DNA of 62,624 nt, filler included, from Rhabdomonas costata (GCA_019059605.1; 43 parts of 43 records of this genome joined end to end with filler, not necessarily neighbours in it), one strand, 5' to 3'; positions 1-11,308 are shown, numbered from the whole stretch's first letter. Notes: generated from the sequence alone by a model not told the origin. A program made the numbers and translations.

Positions 1-1184
1 GGTGGGGTGTGCGCTTGTACCATAAGCCCGCTTCATCATCGTGTTCTCGCTCCTTGATTCTTGAACCCTGAATTCATGTCGTACTTCCAAGGTGCGCTGC
101 TTCTTCACCACGCCCTTCTTGGCGACAGAATGAATCTCTGGAGAGGAACCCAGGGATATGTCTGAATAGTCGGCAGGGAGATCAGTGCTGTATTGGTACT
201 TTCCTTCGTTGGAGAGCATTCGGGAGGAAGCAGTACCAATATTGGATGATGATTTAATTCGGGACGACACAAGTGGCGCGCTCTGTGGGCGCTTTGGAAA
301 AATTTCAAGCTCAGCAGACCGACTGGATGAGAGCCGGCTCTTCTCCATAGAAACGGCTTGAAGCCCAACTTCTCTCTTCTGCCTCTTCACGCTCACAGAG
401 TCCTCAACTGGTAAAGCAGATCGCTTTTCACTGAAGCTACCACCTTCGTCAACCTTCATGTGCATTCTGGTAAGAGGGGCTTCGGCATACTGGTCGTCAC
501 CACGCGGGACTTTTGCAACTGATGCAGAGCCTTTTTCGGGCCAGGATGCTCTCTTGGATGGGGCACCGCGCCGAGAATCCCCAGCATCAGCCGATGACAC
601 AGGGGCAAAAGGGGGCTTGCTCTCATAGTCTGAGGCCAGCTGGGAGTGTTGAACTTCTGCTCGCTCATGTTTAGCCGGTTGAGTCGCAGTAAAAGAACGC
701 TGAACAAAAGCTGAAGCTTTCCGAACAATTCTGTCAGACTCCCCATCCATTGGTCCAACATTTTTCGTCTCACCAGGTTTAGCGATCCTCGGCGAAACCT
801 TGCGAGGTTCCCCCCGCCAGGAAGAGGTGTATTCCGAGCCTTTTTGATCACTTGGCTTTACATCATGGGAACCATGCCCCAAACCAGGAGCCGGCATTTC
901 GCTAGGTGCTGCAGGGGCCCTGTTTCTGCTCTTTGGACTATGGTCATCACCAGCTCTGCGTCCTGGTGACCTCTGGTCTCTGTTTTTACGAGCACTGCTC
1001 CTACTCCTGCTCCGACTCCTGCTCCTGCTTTTCCTTCTGCTTCTGCTTCTGCTTCGACTTCTGCTGGTAGCTTGCCTTGCCTGTCGGGCACTGGCCGTTT
1101 GTGTCATGGGGTGCCGGGCGGACGACGAAAATGAAACATTGACAGTTAAGTAGGAGGCTCCAAGGGCTCGCATGCCGTTCAGAC
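1..1184 (-). CDS. Large partial exon of an RRM + RS-repeat (SR-like) protein
   Basis: Acceptor tttttttgcag at 1185-1187 (minus). The frame stays open to base 1. It reads GLNGMRALGASYLTVNVSFS (resembles an RRM C-terminus), then SRSRSRSRSRRKSRSRSRSRSRSS, then a long disordered tail. Absent from the ORF track because it has no stop. Confidence 0.7.
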
Positions 1185-1359
1185 CTGCAAAAAAAATACA
1201 TTGAGAGCATTATTATGTGGACATTTGAAAATTGTTCAACCCTCAAAATCACGCAAGGCTCCGTTTCGATTCTCAGCAGCTGAAAATTAGCATGAACAGC
1301 AACCGAAAGCATAAAATGCAATTGAATTTCTCCACGAAGAGAGATGTCCCCCCCCCACC

Positions 1360-1459
1360 NNNNNNNNNNNNNNNNNNNNNNNNNNNNNNNNNNNNNNNNN
1401 NNNTTAATTAATTAANNNNNNNNNNNNNNNNNNNNNNNNNNNNNNNNNNNNNNNNNNNN
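1360..1459. other. Artificial contig-joining linker (first of 42, recurring about every 1459 nt up to 61167-61266)
   Basis: Invariant N44 + TTAATTAATTAA + N44; the 12-mer gives stop codons in all six frames and produces the 'XXXLIN' ORF tails. Confidence 0.99.
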
Positions 1460-2525
1460 GCGTCGACAGCAGCTGCAGGGTGTAGTTCTGGGGCCCCGGC
1501 ATGGTGGCCAAAAGCGCAGAGGCCAGGGTGAGGTTGGGGCTGCCCTGAGTCCGAGGGGAGGACTGATTGCTGCTGGCGGAGGCCAGAGCGGCCTGCAGGA
1601 TAGCAGCTGCTGAACACTGCCGACGTGTGAGTGTGCGACATTGCAGTGGACACGTTTGTATGAACTGGGTCGTGTGAACTGTTTTTTGGGGGCGGTACCC
1701 CTGCCACTCGTGCCTCCACACATTACCGGGAATGAGTCAATACTGAAGCATGTGAAAACCAGGGTGGGCAGCTACATGATGTGTTTCGCGTCACGCCAGT
1801 GAGAACTCAGATAAAGCATAAACTGTACAAGAAAAACGGCCCCTTTGTGCAGATGGGCAGCGAGAATGTGTTCGCAGGTGTACCACTGTTTCGCTTCGAA
1901 TCCGTAAACTTTGGTTTTTCCCTTTTGAGGTGAAGCGGGCAATAGGCACAAGCTAGTGGTTGGAGTCGCTGTTCCGAGAGCGCCAGATGTGAGTAGCAGC
2001 ACTGGTACTATGATTCATAGAATCCTATTGCTTCGATTTCAGTCACTATTTCTTGTCACTATTACATGCTAATTCAGCTCTCAATGGGTACCCACTGCCA
2101 GTAATCCATGGGATACGACGGGCCCTAGAAACAAACCTCTGGGCCTATAAGCTCCCACCGGTAGGTCTTCCCCATAGAGCCTACTCGAGAGGCCGCGGCA
2201 TCCACCACTACCGCGGCTCCATCGCACCCCACGACCCCGCCCATGGGCTCCATCCTGATCACGGCGGCGGGCTGCACAACCTCGGGGGCCAACTCCAGGG
2301 TGAGGTTCCGCAGGGCTCCCCCCGAGCCCTTCACTATCACCTTCACGGCGGCCGCGGCGGAGGACCAGGGGTATCCTGGGGAGGCCGGGAAGCGGGCCAG
2401 CAGCGACGCAGAACCGGCGGAGGGGGAGGGGCCCCAGCCGCAGGTGGTGTTCGAGGGGAACCACGCAAGCGTGGCTGGAGCGAACAGCGCGGCGCAGGAG
2501 GCGTTTGAAGTGGTGGGAGCAAGCC
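1460..2525 (-). CDS. REJ/PKD-like extracellular domain protein, 2 exons (2525-2137, 1616-1460)
   Basis: GT-AG boundaries join in phase 0. Motifs CAALFAPATLAWF..CGW, VVVDAAASRVGSMGKTYRWEL and NYTLQL resemble REJ-domain beta strands. Confidence 0.55.
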
Positions 2526-2595
2526 CTGCACAGAGAGCGGAGAAAAGCGGGCAAAGCCACCACAACTCATAACGGTTTGATTTGCTTGAAAGGGA

Positions 2596-2812
2596 GGTAA
2601 GCTGTTCACAATTAGTACGTATACATATGAATACAAATGATCAGGTTACAAAGAAGGCTTAAGTTTTGCAGTGGATGATCTTGATGGTGCATATACTTCA
2701 TTACATGAGAGAAAGTTTTGCAATTTGCAAAGCTCGTTGCCTTGAGAAAGCCTTCTTTGTAACCTGATCATTTGTATTCATATGTATACGTACTAATTGT
2801 GAACAGCTTACC
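2596..2812. repeat. Perfect 65-bp inverted repeat at a contig end (arms 2596-2660 / 2748-2812)
   Basis: ggtaagctgttcac...aagaaggctt is followed, after an 87-nt spacer, by its exact reverse complement. Confidence 0.95.
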
Positions 2813-4593
2813 CCTCAANNNNNNNNNNNNNNNNNNNNNNNNNNNNNNNNNNNNNNNNNNNNTTAATTAATTAANNNNNNNNNNNNNNNNNNNNNNNNNN
2901 NNNNNNNNNNNNNNNNNNGGTTTGGTGGGCATTAAACGCCGTTAGCCGCCAGTTGAACAAATACAAGAAAGCAGGGCACAACCGACCGACGCGAAGTTTC
3001 TCAAACTCAAAACGCGCGGTATTTTAAGCCCAAGGGGCGGCAACAATTGGCAAATAATGGGTTGGTCCACCAGCCGTTGGGACCCACGACTAAGCTATAG
3101 AAACATTTGAAAAATTTGGAGACAGTAGCACTTCCAGGTTGCAAACCCAGCACAGCAATCCTGCCGACACAGTAAGAAAAGGAAAAATCCGCCTGCTGTG
3201 ACCGCGTTTACCTGGAATGCCACAACCATAGTAAAGATTGATACATACTAACTACCACACAAACTAGTATCCAACAACAACAGCCTTGCGGTCTGAGAGT
3301 ATATCTAACTCCTCAAGGTTTTCGTTGTGGTGGAGGTGAGGGTGGCGAAATTTTCCGAACTTCAGCGCCTCCAAGGTCCAGTACAGCTGCGGGTACCGCG
3401 GTGCCGCCGAGGGGCATCCACCCAGCGGTGAGTGTAGTCTTTTTGCTGTTCAGTAACTAATGCTCAAACTCCTTCACAAGGGGATCGTGCCAGGACCTTC
3501 GCGTGCTCAACAACTCTAAGCTGGAGTGCAACGTCGACGGTCGATAGTCGCTCCGACTTTTTAGGGAGGCAGTTCGAGCTTGTCCAGAGCTGCTTCCGCA
3601 CGACCTTTAAAGAACGTGCTATTTAAGCACGGAAGCAGGGAGTCCTCAATCGCGGTTGGCAACACACAAGAAGATAATTTGGCTGTGTACATAGGGAAAG
3701 CTATCAGGCTGCAGGGCAAGTGCTCCTGAGATGAATTACCATCCAGCACCACTCCACGCTTCAGCTCCGTGGTAAGAGGAAAAGCAATGCCGAAACACAA
3801 TACCGATGGATGGGTTACATTTGTGAACTTTGACGGTCTGAACAAAAGTCATGATTCCAATTTTCGCAGGAATCTGGACGGGACGGTGAACAATGAGGGC
3901 TGAAAATAAAAAGAGACCTACTCCCGATTCGGGTAATAGCTTCCGATCTGATGCGTGACGGCTGACCAACAGATTCACCGCGTCCACTCCCCTGCATTGT
4001 GAACGCGGCGAGCACCATATAGGGACGGATCTTCATCCAGCTGAAGCAGGCCCGCGGCCTGAAGCAGGTGCAGCGGTGGAGGGCAGTGGATCTTGTTGAT
4101 CATGAGCATGCCACCCGAGCATGCAGAGTAGCTCAGCACAGAGAGCACCACCGTGGTTCAGGAATACTCCGGCTCCATTTGAGCTTTCCTCCACACCAAC
4201 ACCAACACGCACACAGACCGACGCACACCTCAACACAAACACACGCACCAACACAAACGCACACACTCTCTCTGTCTNNNNNNNNNNNNNNNNNNNNNNN
4301 NNNNNNNNNNNNNNNNNNNNNTTAATTAATTAANNNNNNNNNNNNNNNNNNNNNNNNNNNNNNNNNNNNNNNNNNNNCGCTCCCGCAAGCCGTCACCCAG
4401 ACAACGTTTTCCAAAATACTTTGAACAACCAAGGTTTTGGCCCCCCTCCCCCCCGTATCAATGTTGAGTAAGACCGTTTTGCTAACCAAAATTGAAAAAT
4501 GGGGGGCGGGGGGGGGGATTGTTCAATTCCATTATGGAAAACGTTGACGGGTTGCCCATATGTCGCTCTGTTTTTCTGCAAAGAGCACTACAG

Positions 4594-5492
4594 AGGTCCG
4601 CGCAGAGTCCTTCCGGACGCTGACACTTCTCTCTGACCTCTTTGGCGAAACCCAACAGGTCCCCTCTTCTCATCAGCTTCCTTGCTTTGTGAAATGCCTC
4701 AGAGGGAAGGTTGCACAGCCCCTGTGTGCTGAGCTTCGGCAAGATCTCACAATGGATTTTGGCAGAAGCACCACTGCTTTCCATCGGAAGAGCCAGCTGT
4801 GAGTGGCAAGGTTCCATCTGAATCGCCGTTTGGTCACTTTGCAATCAGCGGTCCTGATCCCCGGACGCACTCACATCTTCGTGCCTTTTTCCTGTGGTCT
4901 TTCCAAAAAGTATTTTTTTCTAATAACGATGGCTTCCACGTTGCCGCACACTGGCTCATCGCTTGCATCCCAAAGCTGTGGACTCAAAGCGTGGCATGCA
5001 TTTCCACCCTGCCTGCACGTACAGGTGGAGACCCAGGGGCTGGAGTCCCAGCTTTACTCTTCTCTACCCCATGTGCTGGTGCATGTGAATGACGACGAGG
5101 TGGACGTACGGGTGTGTTAGCATGCTCGTGCACATGTGAATGATTTCATCCACGCCGCTGCCTCAATTTTCGATTCGCTGCCGCACTGGAAAAAGTAACC
5201 ATGCCCCCGCTGTATTTCGAAATCCATATGAGAGGCCTTCCGTAGATAAATGAACGTTTGAGTTCGATCAACTAAAGGGTGGTGTGCTCATGCCAAGCAG
5301 TGAAGTTCATTGCTTTGCGTCGGGCGTGGGGTCGCTCAGCAACGGTGCAAGTCCTGCTTGCACTCGATGGTGAGGTGGCTGACCGAGCAAAACCCCGTGT
5401 GCGCGTTAGCTCAGCTTATGCAGAGGCCCTCGTATGCGCCCGACAAGCGGATGGACTTCGATGAGTTCTGCCGTGACTTCGCCGAAATCTGG
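4594..5492 (+). CDS. Maestro HEAT-like repeat protein (MROH1-like) C-terminal part, exons 4594-4658, 5025-5111, 5340-5492
   Basis: GT-AG exons join in frame: EVRAESFRTLTLLSDLF..|..SQLYSSLPHVLVHVNDDEVDVR|QRCKSCL..MDFDEFCRDFAEIW, matching the MROH1 LLLHLxD..V..AC..L..F.EF pattern. Confidence 0.6.
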
Positions 5493-5836
5493 GTTGAGCC
5501 TCACTCACTCATTGACTTGAGAAATCTTCTAGCAGGACACCACACCCAGTCTGCACCTGCATTGTTCCGATTTGCAGCGCACAGGGGTGCGTACGGAACT
5601 TCCTGGTCATTCATGTTTGCCTTGTTAATTTGGCCAGCCCTTTCTGCTTTGTACAGTACTCTTCACCACACAGGAACATGTAACAGGAACGGGAAGCAGC
5701 ACAGGAGAGTGGGGAAGAATAAAAGAACCCCCAAAANNNNNNNNNNNNNNNNNNNNNNNNNNNNNNNNNNNNNNNNNNNNTTAATTAATTAANNNNNNNN
5801 NNNNNNNNNNNNNNNNNNNNNNNNNNNNNNNNNNNN

Positions 5837-6893
5837 GGGGTGTGGTGGGTGGGGACCCCAGCTACGCGGATGAGCGGCCCACGGAGAAGTACATGGGAGT
5901 GTTCGACCCGTGGTCCGAGGGCCTCATTTCCCACCTTGGTGGGGGCCAGGTCTGGCTTCCTGCTCTTCTTCCTGGAAGTATGAAGGAAGGAAGGAAGGAA
6001 GGAAGGAAACCTTCGCGCAACGTGTTGCTGGTCTCCTCACTCCTTTTCTTTCTTCCAGGACAGCATCAACGAGCCCCATGCCCCACTGTACCAGCTCACC
6101 CTGGCGCTGGATTCCAAGCGGTGCGCACCTCTCTTTGAGGGGGTGTTCCTGTCAAATGCATTGATCCCAATACTGGCTGAGTTTTTTTCTTTTCTTGTTT
6201 TCTTGAAGTATCCATCACTGTTCATCTCGATTGCGTGGCCTTGCCTTTTCGCGCATACGCGTGCTTTTGTGTACACAACTATCCACGCGCACAGCAAGCA
6301 GACCAGGCCCTGCCCGCCAGGCTACCATTTCATCCACCTGGACGCCATGGAGCGCCTCACCAAGCCCACGTCCTACCCTCGCCCCGTGGAGGTTCACTTC
6401 AATATGCTTGCACTGTGTTCTTGCAGGGTTTTTGACTTCGGACAGGCAGTGAATGAGCTGGGTGCTTGGCTGGGTCTTTGCCAAGCCCCAACCGAAAATC
6501 CGATAAAGGAGCCGGATTGGTCAAACACAATGAGATAAATGGGCAAGCGAAGTCCAGGGGCATCAATCTTTGCCCCTCCCCTTCTCTCTCAGTTCTTCGA
6601 CCTCAGCCTCCGTGGCTCGGGCATGAAGTACGCTGCCGGTGCTCACCTCGCGGTGTGTACGTGGACCTACCTTCCTCTTTCCCCTCACTTTTTTTTCACT
6701 CAAGCAATTGCTAAAGACACGCATGCAAAGAGAGAGATTGGAAAGACCTCACCACCACTGACTGCTGCAGATCCTCCCCCGGAACCCCGAGAAGCAGGTC
6801 ACTGAGTTCCTGGACTACGCCGGGCTGGAAGGGGAGCGGCTTGTCTCGATTCACGTGGTCAACGGCGAACCGTCCGAGATTCCGCCTGTGTTG
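5837..6893 (+). CDS. Diflavin oxidoreductase fragment (CPR/PNO/SiR flavoprotein family; flavodoxin end + FAD-binding domain), exons 5837-5949, 6059-6120, 6295-6391, 6593-6652, 6771-6893
   Basis: Five GT-AG exons join in frame: ..ADERPTEKYMGVFDPW..RLTKPTSYPRPVE|FFDLSLRGSGMKYAAGAHLA|ILPRNPEKQVTEFL, matching the CPR motif GxxYxxGDHLAVLPxN. Confidence 0.8.
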
Positions 6894-7302
6894 GTGTGCC
6901 CACCAAACACAGATACCCCACCACCATCGCTCAGATGCACACACACACACACACTCTCTCGCGCGCGCGCGCAGAGGCAGAAGCGGACCTTCAAGCATCC
7001 AAGAATCAGAGCCGTTACGTTACCACCAACGGGAGTCGACATTACTCGCAGATGCACCAGGGCAAAGAGTCAGCGAGGCAACCCTAGGTACAGGAGGTTC
7101 AGCGGAAGAGGGCAGGAATAGCCCGCAGCGCAACAAAAGAGTGATGTGCTAGCACGGCAACGCCTGTAGATACCGGTGCTGCCCGTTCACCCACCNNNNN
7201 NNNNNNNNNNNNNNNNNNNNNNNNNNNNNNNNNNNNNNNTTAATTAATTAANNNNNNNNNNNNNNNNNNNNNNNNNNNNNNNNNNNNNNNNNNNNGGTTT
7301 GT

Positions 7303-7362
7303 GGGGTATGAGCCCTTCCACATCTCACCACTCTCAAAAAGATGAGGAAGGGCTCATACCCC
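7303..7362. repeat. 23-bp hairpin (1 mismatch) at a contig start
   Basis: ggggtatgagcccttccacatct (7303-7325) / agatgaggaagggctcatacccc (7340-7362). Confidence 0.9.
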
Positions 7363-8036
7363 TTCAAACGAAACGGGCATAAACTACGCCTCCTGGCAGC
7401 TATGCAGCCCTATCCTTGCAGCAATCTCTGTCGATGCCGACAGTTTGATCGAATGCAGCAGAGCAAGCAAGATCTTCGGAAGGGGCAAAAAGGAGATACA
7501 GACCCCAAAGTGTGGACGAGCAGGGGGCGACGGGGGCTGCACCTCCGGGAATTGCGAGGGAGACCGGGCTTCAGGAAACATCCTTACTCTACGCTTCAGA
7601 CAACCTCTCACCCCCCTCTAAACTCAACGGGTACAGCGGGTGCTCTTCCTGAAAGCCGGAATCTGAAAGCCGGAATTCCGGTCTAAAATCTAACAAACCA
7701 CCGCTAAACCACCTAAAACCAGTGGAAATTAGATAAACCCGCTTTAAAATCAAAACCCGTATAATTCAGCCAAAACCACCACACATCCAATTGAAACCAC
7801 ACAAAACCACTGAAAACCCATTCCGAAGCATATACGCTGACACCTCCCATATCAGCATTGCCGCTTCGACTCAAATGTCCTGGTCCGTGTGTCGCACCCT
7901 AACCCCCTGCCTTTTCTTCTGTCATAATTTCTAAATAGCAAACACACCTCCCTTTTAGGGGGAGGGTCCGTTTTTGTCTCAAACCCAGATTTCCGGGTTT
8001 AACATTCCGGGTTTCGGATTAACCCGGGGGGCATGC

Positions 8037-8567
8037 CTGAAGTGCGGTGTTGCCATTGCTGTCCTTCTTCCCAAGCTTCTCGTCGGTCATCTGGGAGCAC
8101 GCCAGCTGCAGCACGCTCTCGTTCTCGGGAATCCCAGCTGCGACATGTACCACTGTGGTGCCCTTGTGCTCCTTATTCTCACTCAACCTCCCGTACATGA
8201 CCCGCACCCCCGCCGTGCAGAACGCGATGACCTCAGTGTTCCGACCCCTCTCCGAATCTGTCAGAGCCGCGGGCAGCTCCCGGTACTCCGTCACCCCGGT
8301 CTCCTCCAAAGTAATCAGGTCCACCGCGCCCAGGTCGCACTCCATGGCCTCCTGCAGGATCAGCTTCAGCCCAAAGTCCGCCTTCTGCACCACCCGAAGC
8401 TGGGTGCCGCAGGGCAGCAGGACCTCCTCCTCCCCGGGAATCGCGGAGAGGTCCTGGATCAGTCGCCCGGAGCGCGCGGCAATGGCGTAGACCGTGCCGA
8501 AGGGGCGGCCCTTGGCGGAGCTCAGGAAGTCCCGAACCACTCGGGGAAGCCTGGAGGTGCTGCTGGG
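8037..8567 (-). CDS. Exon encoding the C-terminal half of an R-S-E clade mono-ADP-ribosyltransferase followed by ankyrin-like repeats
   Basis: Acceptor tctcacag. SSTS motif, GTVYAI, SGRLIQDLSAIPGEEEVLLP (ExE motif), then GTTVVHVAAG and DSNGNTAL. Probable GC donor CAG|gcatgc. Confidence 0.8.
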
Positions 8568-8771
8568 CTGTGAGACAGCAATACACCGAGCAGAGAGCAT
8601 TTGGGTGGGCTTCCGACACGCGAGAAAAAAGACTCAGAACAAAAAACACCCACCNNNNNNNNNNNNNNNNNNNNNNNNNNNNNNNNNNNNNNNNNNNNTT
8701 AATTAATTAANNNNNNNNNNNNNNNNNNNNNNNNNNNNNNNNNNNNNNNNNNNNGTGTGTGGGTAGGCCAC

Positions 8772-9800
8772 CTGTTCCGCGAACCATGTCCAGCATCCCG
8801 ACGATGCCGTTCAAGGGGGTGCGTATCTGTGGTGAGAGAGACAAAGGGCGCAGGGGAAGGAGGTGAGCTCGAACAACGAAACATCTAATGAGCAAGGCAC
8901 CATCACTTTTTCCTGAGCCTGAAAAGGGCCCCCAAAAGGGCAAAGCGGTCCGATTTCGGGGAGAGGGGAGGGGGGCGTTCGACGGTTGTTATACATTGAG
9001 GTACGAAACTGGGCCGTTATGCCAACCGAAATCACCCCACAGAAGGGCTAATTTTGGTGCGCATGTTCACCTACCCCTCCGCCATCCCTCCACTCCACTC
9101 CCCCCAAACAACGTCCTCGTCCTGGCCACCCGCTCCGGCCACGCCGGCCAAGCCGTTGCGCTTGCCTTCGCCGCAAAAACTGTTCTGGGGCATGAATCTG
9201 AACATCGGGAAAGCGAAAATATACCGATGAGAAAATGAAGCCAAAGCAGGCCTGCGGGGGGGGGGGCATTTTCGACATGTCGCTTCGGACCTCATGGGAC
9301 ATCCAGGCCATGATGTCGGAGCGCTCCTTCAGCGCCGCCTCGGCCATTCGCGTGGCCTGCGCAAGGTCCTGAGCGTGGGATGTGCACGGCACGCTCAGTA
9401 CCCGCTTGAAAGAAAGTCATCAGCGACATCAGTCGCCATCCGCGAACAAGGTCACATGAACACGACGCGAAGTAAACCGATCGCGCAGCAGCAGCAGGAA
9501 GGCAAAAAGCTGCACTGAGGAAAGCAAACAAAGCGTAGGTATTCAATGCGCTTTCTTCCCAAAAGTCCCTCATACACACCGCGTTTGTCCGAGTGAGGTC
9601 CCGAAACAGCACCGTATAGGGGTCCGTCAGGGTGGCCTGCACCATGGCCTTGTAGATGAAGTAGAACGACATCACCTTGCAGCTGTGGCCCACCACGTTC
9701 TCCCAGCCCACCAGGCTGTGGTAGAGTGTCAGCACCAGCTCCGTGGCAATCGTGAACACCATCGAGGTCAGCATGCTCCGCACCACCATCTCCGGAATGT
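8772..9800 (-). CDS. Membrane sensor histidine kinase: MASE3 domain C-terminus + coiled coil + HisKA H-box; exons 9800-9580, 9368-9291, 8826-8772
   Basis: Spliced product ..TELVLTLYHSLVGWENVVGHSCKVMSFYFIYKAMVQATLTDPYTVLFRDLTRTNA|DLAQATRMAEAALKERSDIMAWMSHE|IRTPLNGIVGMLDMVRGT; all GT-AG and phase-consistent. Confidence 0.88.
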
Positions 9801-10238
9801 CTGCAGGCATTCCGTGAACAAACACATTTGCACCCCAAGACGCGAACACAAAAAACTTCCTCCGGAATCCACCAAACATGGTAGAACACACCGGTGACAA
9901 CCAATGAAAATGGCACAGTCAGATTCGCCGTCTCGGAATGTCTGTGTGCATCTCACATTTCATATGCAAACTAAAGACCGCCCTAACCCACCCAGCATGG
10001 CGGAAACGGTGATTGCCCAAATGAAGAAACTGACCTCCTAGTTGCCCACCGGAACTGTTATGCATGCGATCCGCACAAAAGCGCAAAAAGCACAGGAAAT
10101 GTACACCCCCCACNNNNNNNNNNNNNNNNNNNNNNNNNNNNNNNNNNNNNNNNNNNNTTAATTAATTAANNNNNNNNNNNNNNNNNNNNNNNNNNNNNNN
10201 NNNNNNNNNNNNNGTTTTGTTGTTCTGTGTCGCCCTTG

Positions 10239-11308
10239 ATGGACGCCGGCCCTGCGTACACGTTGAAGAGCTTTTCCTTTCTTGTGAGCGGTGATGGCTC
10301 GCCGCAGCTGGCTGGCACTTGCCGGGAGATTCGGGTGCAATGCTACTCTGAGCTTCCGCCGGACGAGGCCCTGGCGCTGCTGAGTGGCGAGGACTACACG
10401 GGGCAGCTACTGTGGCAGGGCTCGCTGGCCCTGGCCCGGTGTGTATGCATGCGTGCACCTCTGTAGTGAGTGATAGTATGCATGGATTTCTTCAGTGCAT
10501 CGAATCTCACGTCTGCATGATGCAGGAGGGACTTTTTGTCATCGACTTGTCGAGCTCCTCGGGCGTTTCCTTGCTGCCATGACGCGTCTGTCAGAGTAAA
10601 ATCCTGGAGCTGGAGAGTGACCGTTGAATCCCAGTGCAAATGCGGGCCCTTGCTCATGCACACTATGCAGCATTGCACCTCGTAGGCAATTTCCTCTCAG
10701 TTGGAGTGAATATGGGCACACAAAGCCTACACTGTGGAACCCCCCGAAATTCCTGAATGCAACTGTGCAGCTTCCGGCTCGGCTAAGTCACGGATGAGTG
10801 TGAGGTGCGTGAGTGACTGGGGTGGGTGGGGTCTATCAAGCTCGCAGGTATCTGGCGGCGCATCCCGAGGTAGTGCGTGGGCGGCGGGTGCTGGAGCTTG
10901 GCGCGGGTTCAGGTCTGGCTGGGCTGGTGGCGTGGAGGTTGTGCGGGGCCGCCCGAGTGGTGCTAACGGATGGCTCCCAGGTACGCCCGAGTCCACACAG
11001 CCATGGGCCTGCGCCGTGCGTACGTCCTGCTCTGTCCCCTTAGGTGTTCCCAACAAATGAAATCCTTCCTATGTGGCCGCGATCCTCCTCATTCGAGTAC
11101 CATCATGCTAGAGAGGAGATTCCATCCCGCTGGTCTTCTTTTCCTCAGAACTGGGTTTTGTTGAAGACGCGGGCGGTTGGGATTTTTTTAGCCCTTTGTG
11201 AGTTCGTGATCTTATTTTTTTTCCTTCCGCTGATTTTAAAATAGACGGTCCTGGAGCTGCTGAAGAAGAACGTGGAGCTGAATTCTCCCTCAGGCCCCGG
11301 CGATGGCG
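10239..11308 (+). CDS. Seven-beta-strand protein methyltransferase (Methyltransf_16 / METTL21-22-like), exons 10239-10438, 10848-10980, 11245-11308
   Basis: DYTGQLLWQGSLALAR|YL..VRGRRVLELGAGSGLAGL..VVLTDGSQ|TVLELLKKNVELN; GT-AG introns. Confidence 0.9.

Noticed and set aside
1404-1415. TTAATTAATTAA recurring at regular spacing, resembling a CRISPR-like or regulatory repeat
   Set aside because: Always embedded in fixed N runs; it is a synthetic six-frame-stop linker.
3200-3850. LRR-like peptide (NENLEELDI) on the minus strand
   Set aside because: A single short motif amid multiple stops; no consistent frame.
7568-8043. Euglenid non-conventional intron via CTTCAGG/CCTGAAG end pairing
   Set aside because: Splicing there gives no ankyrin continuation, and a simple GC donor explains the boundary. 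I found no convincing non-conventional intron in the window.
8037-11308. Apparent ART + histidine kinase + methyltransferase defence or signalling cluster
   Set aside because: The three lie on different contigs ordered only by length.
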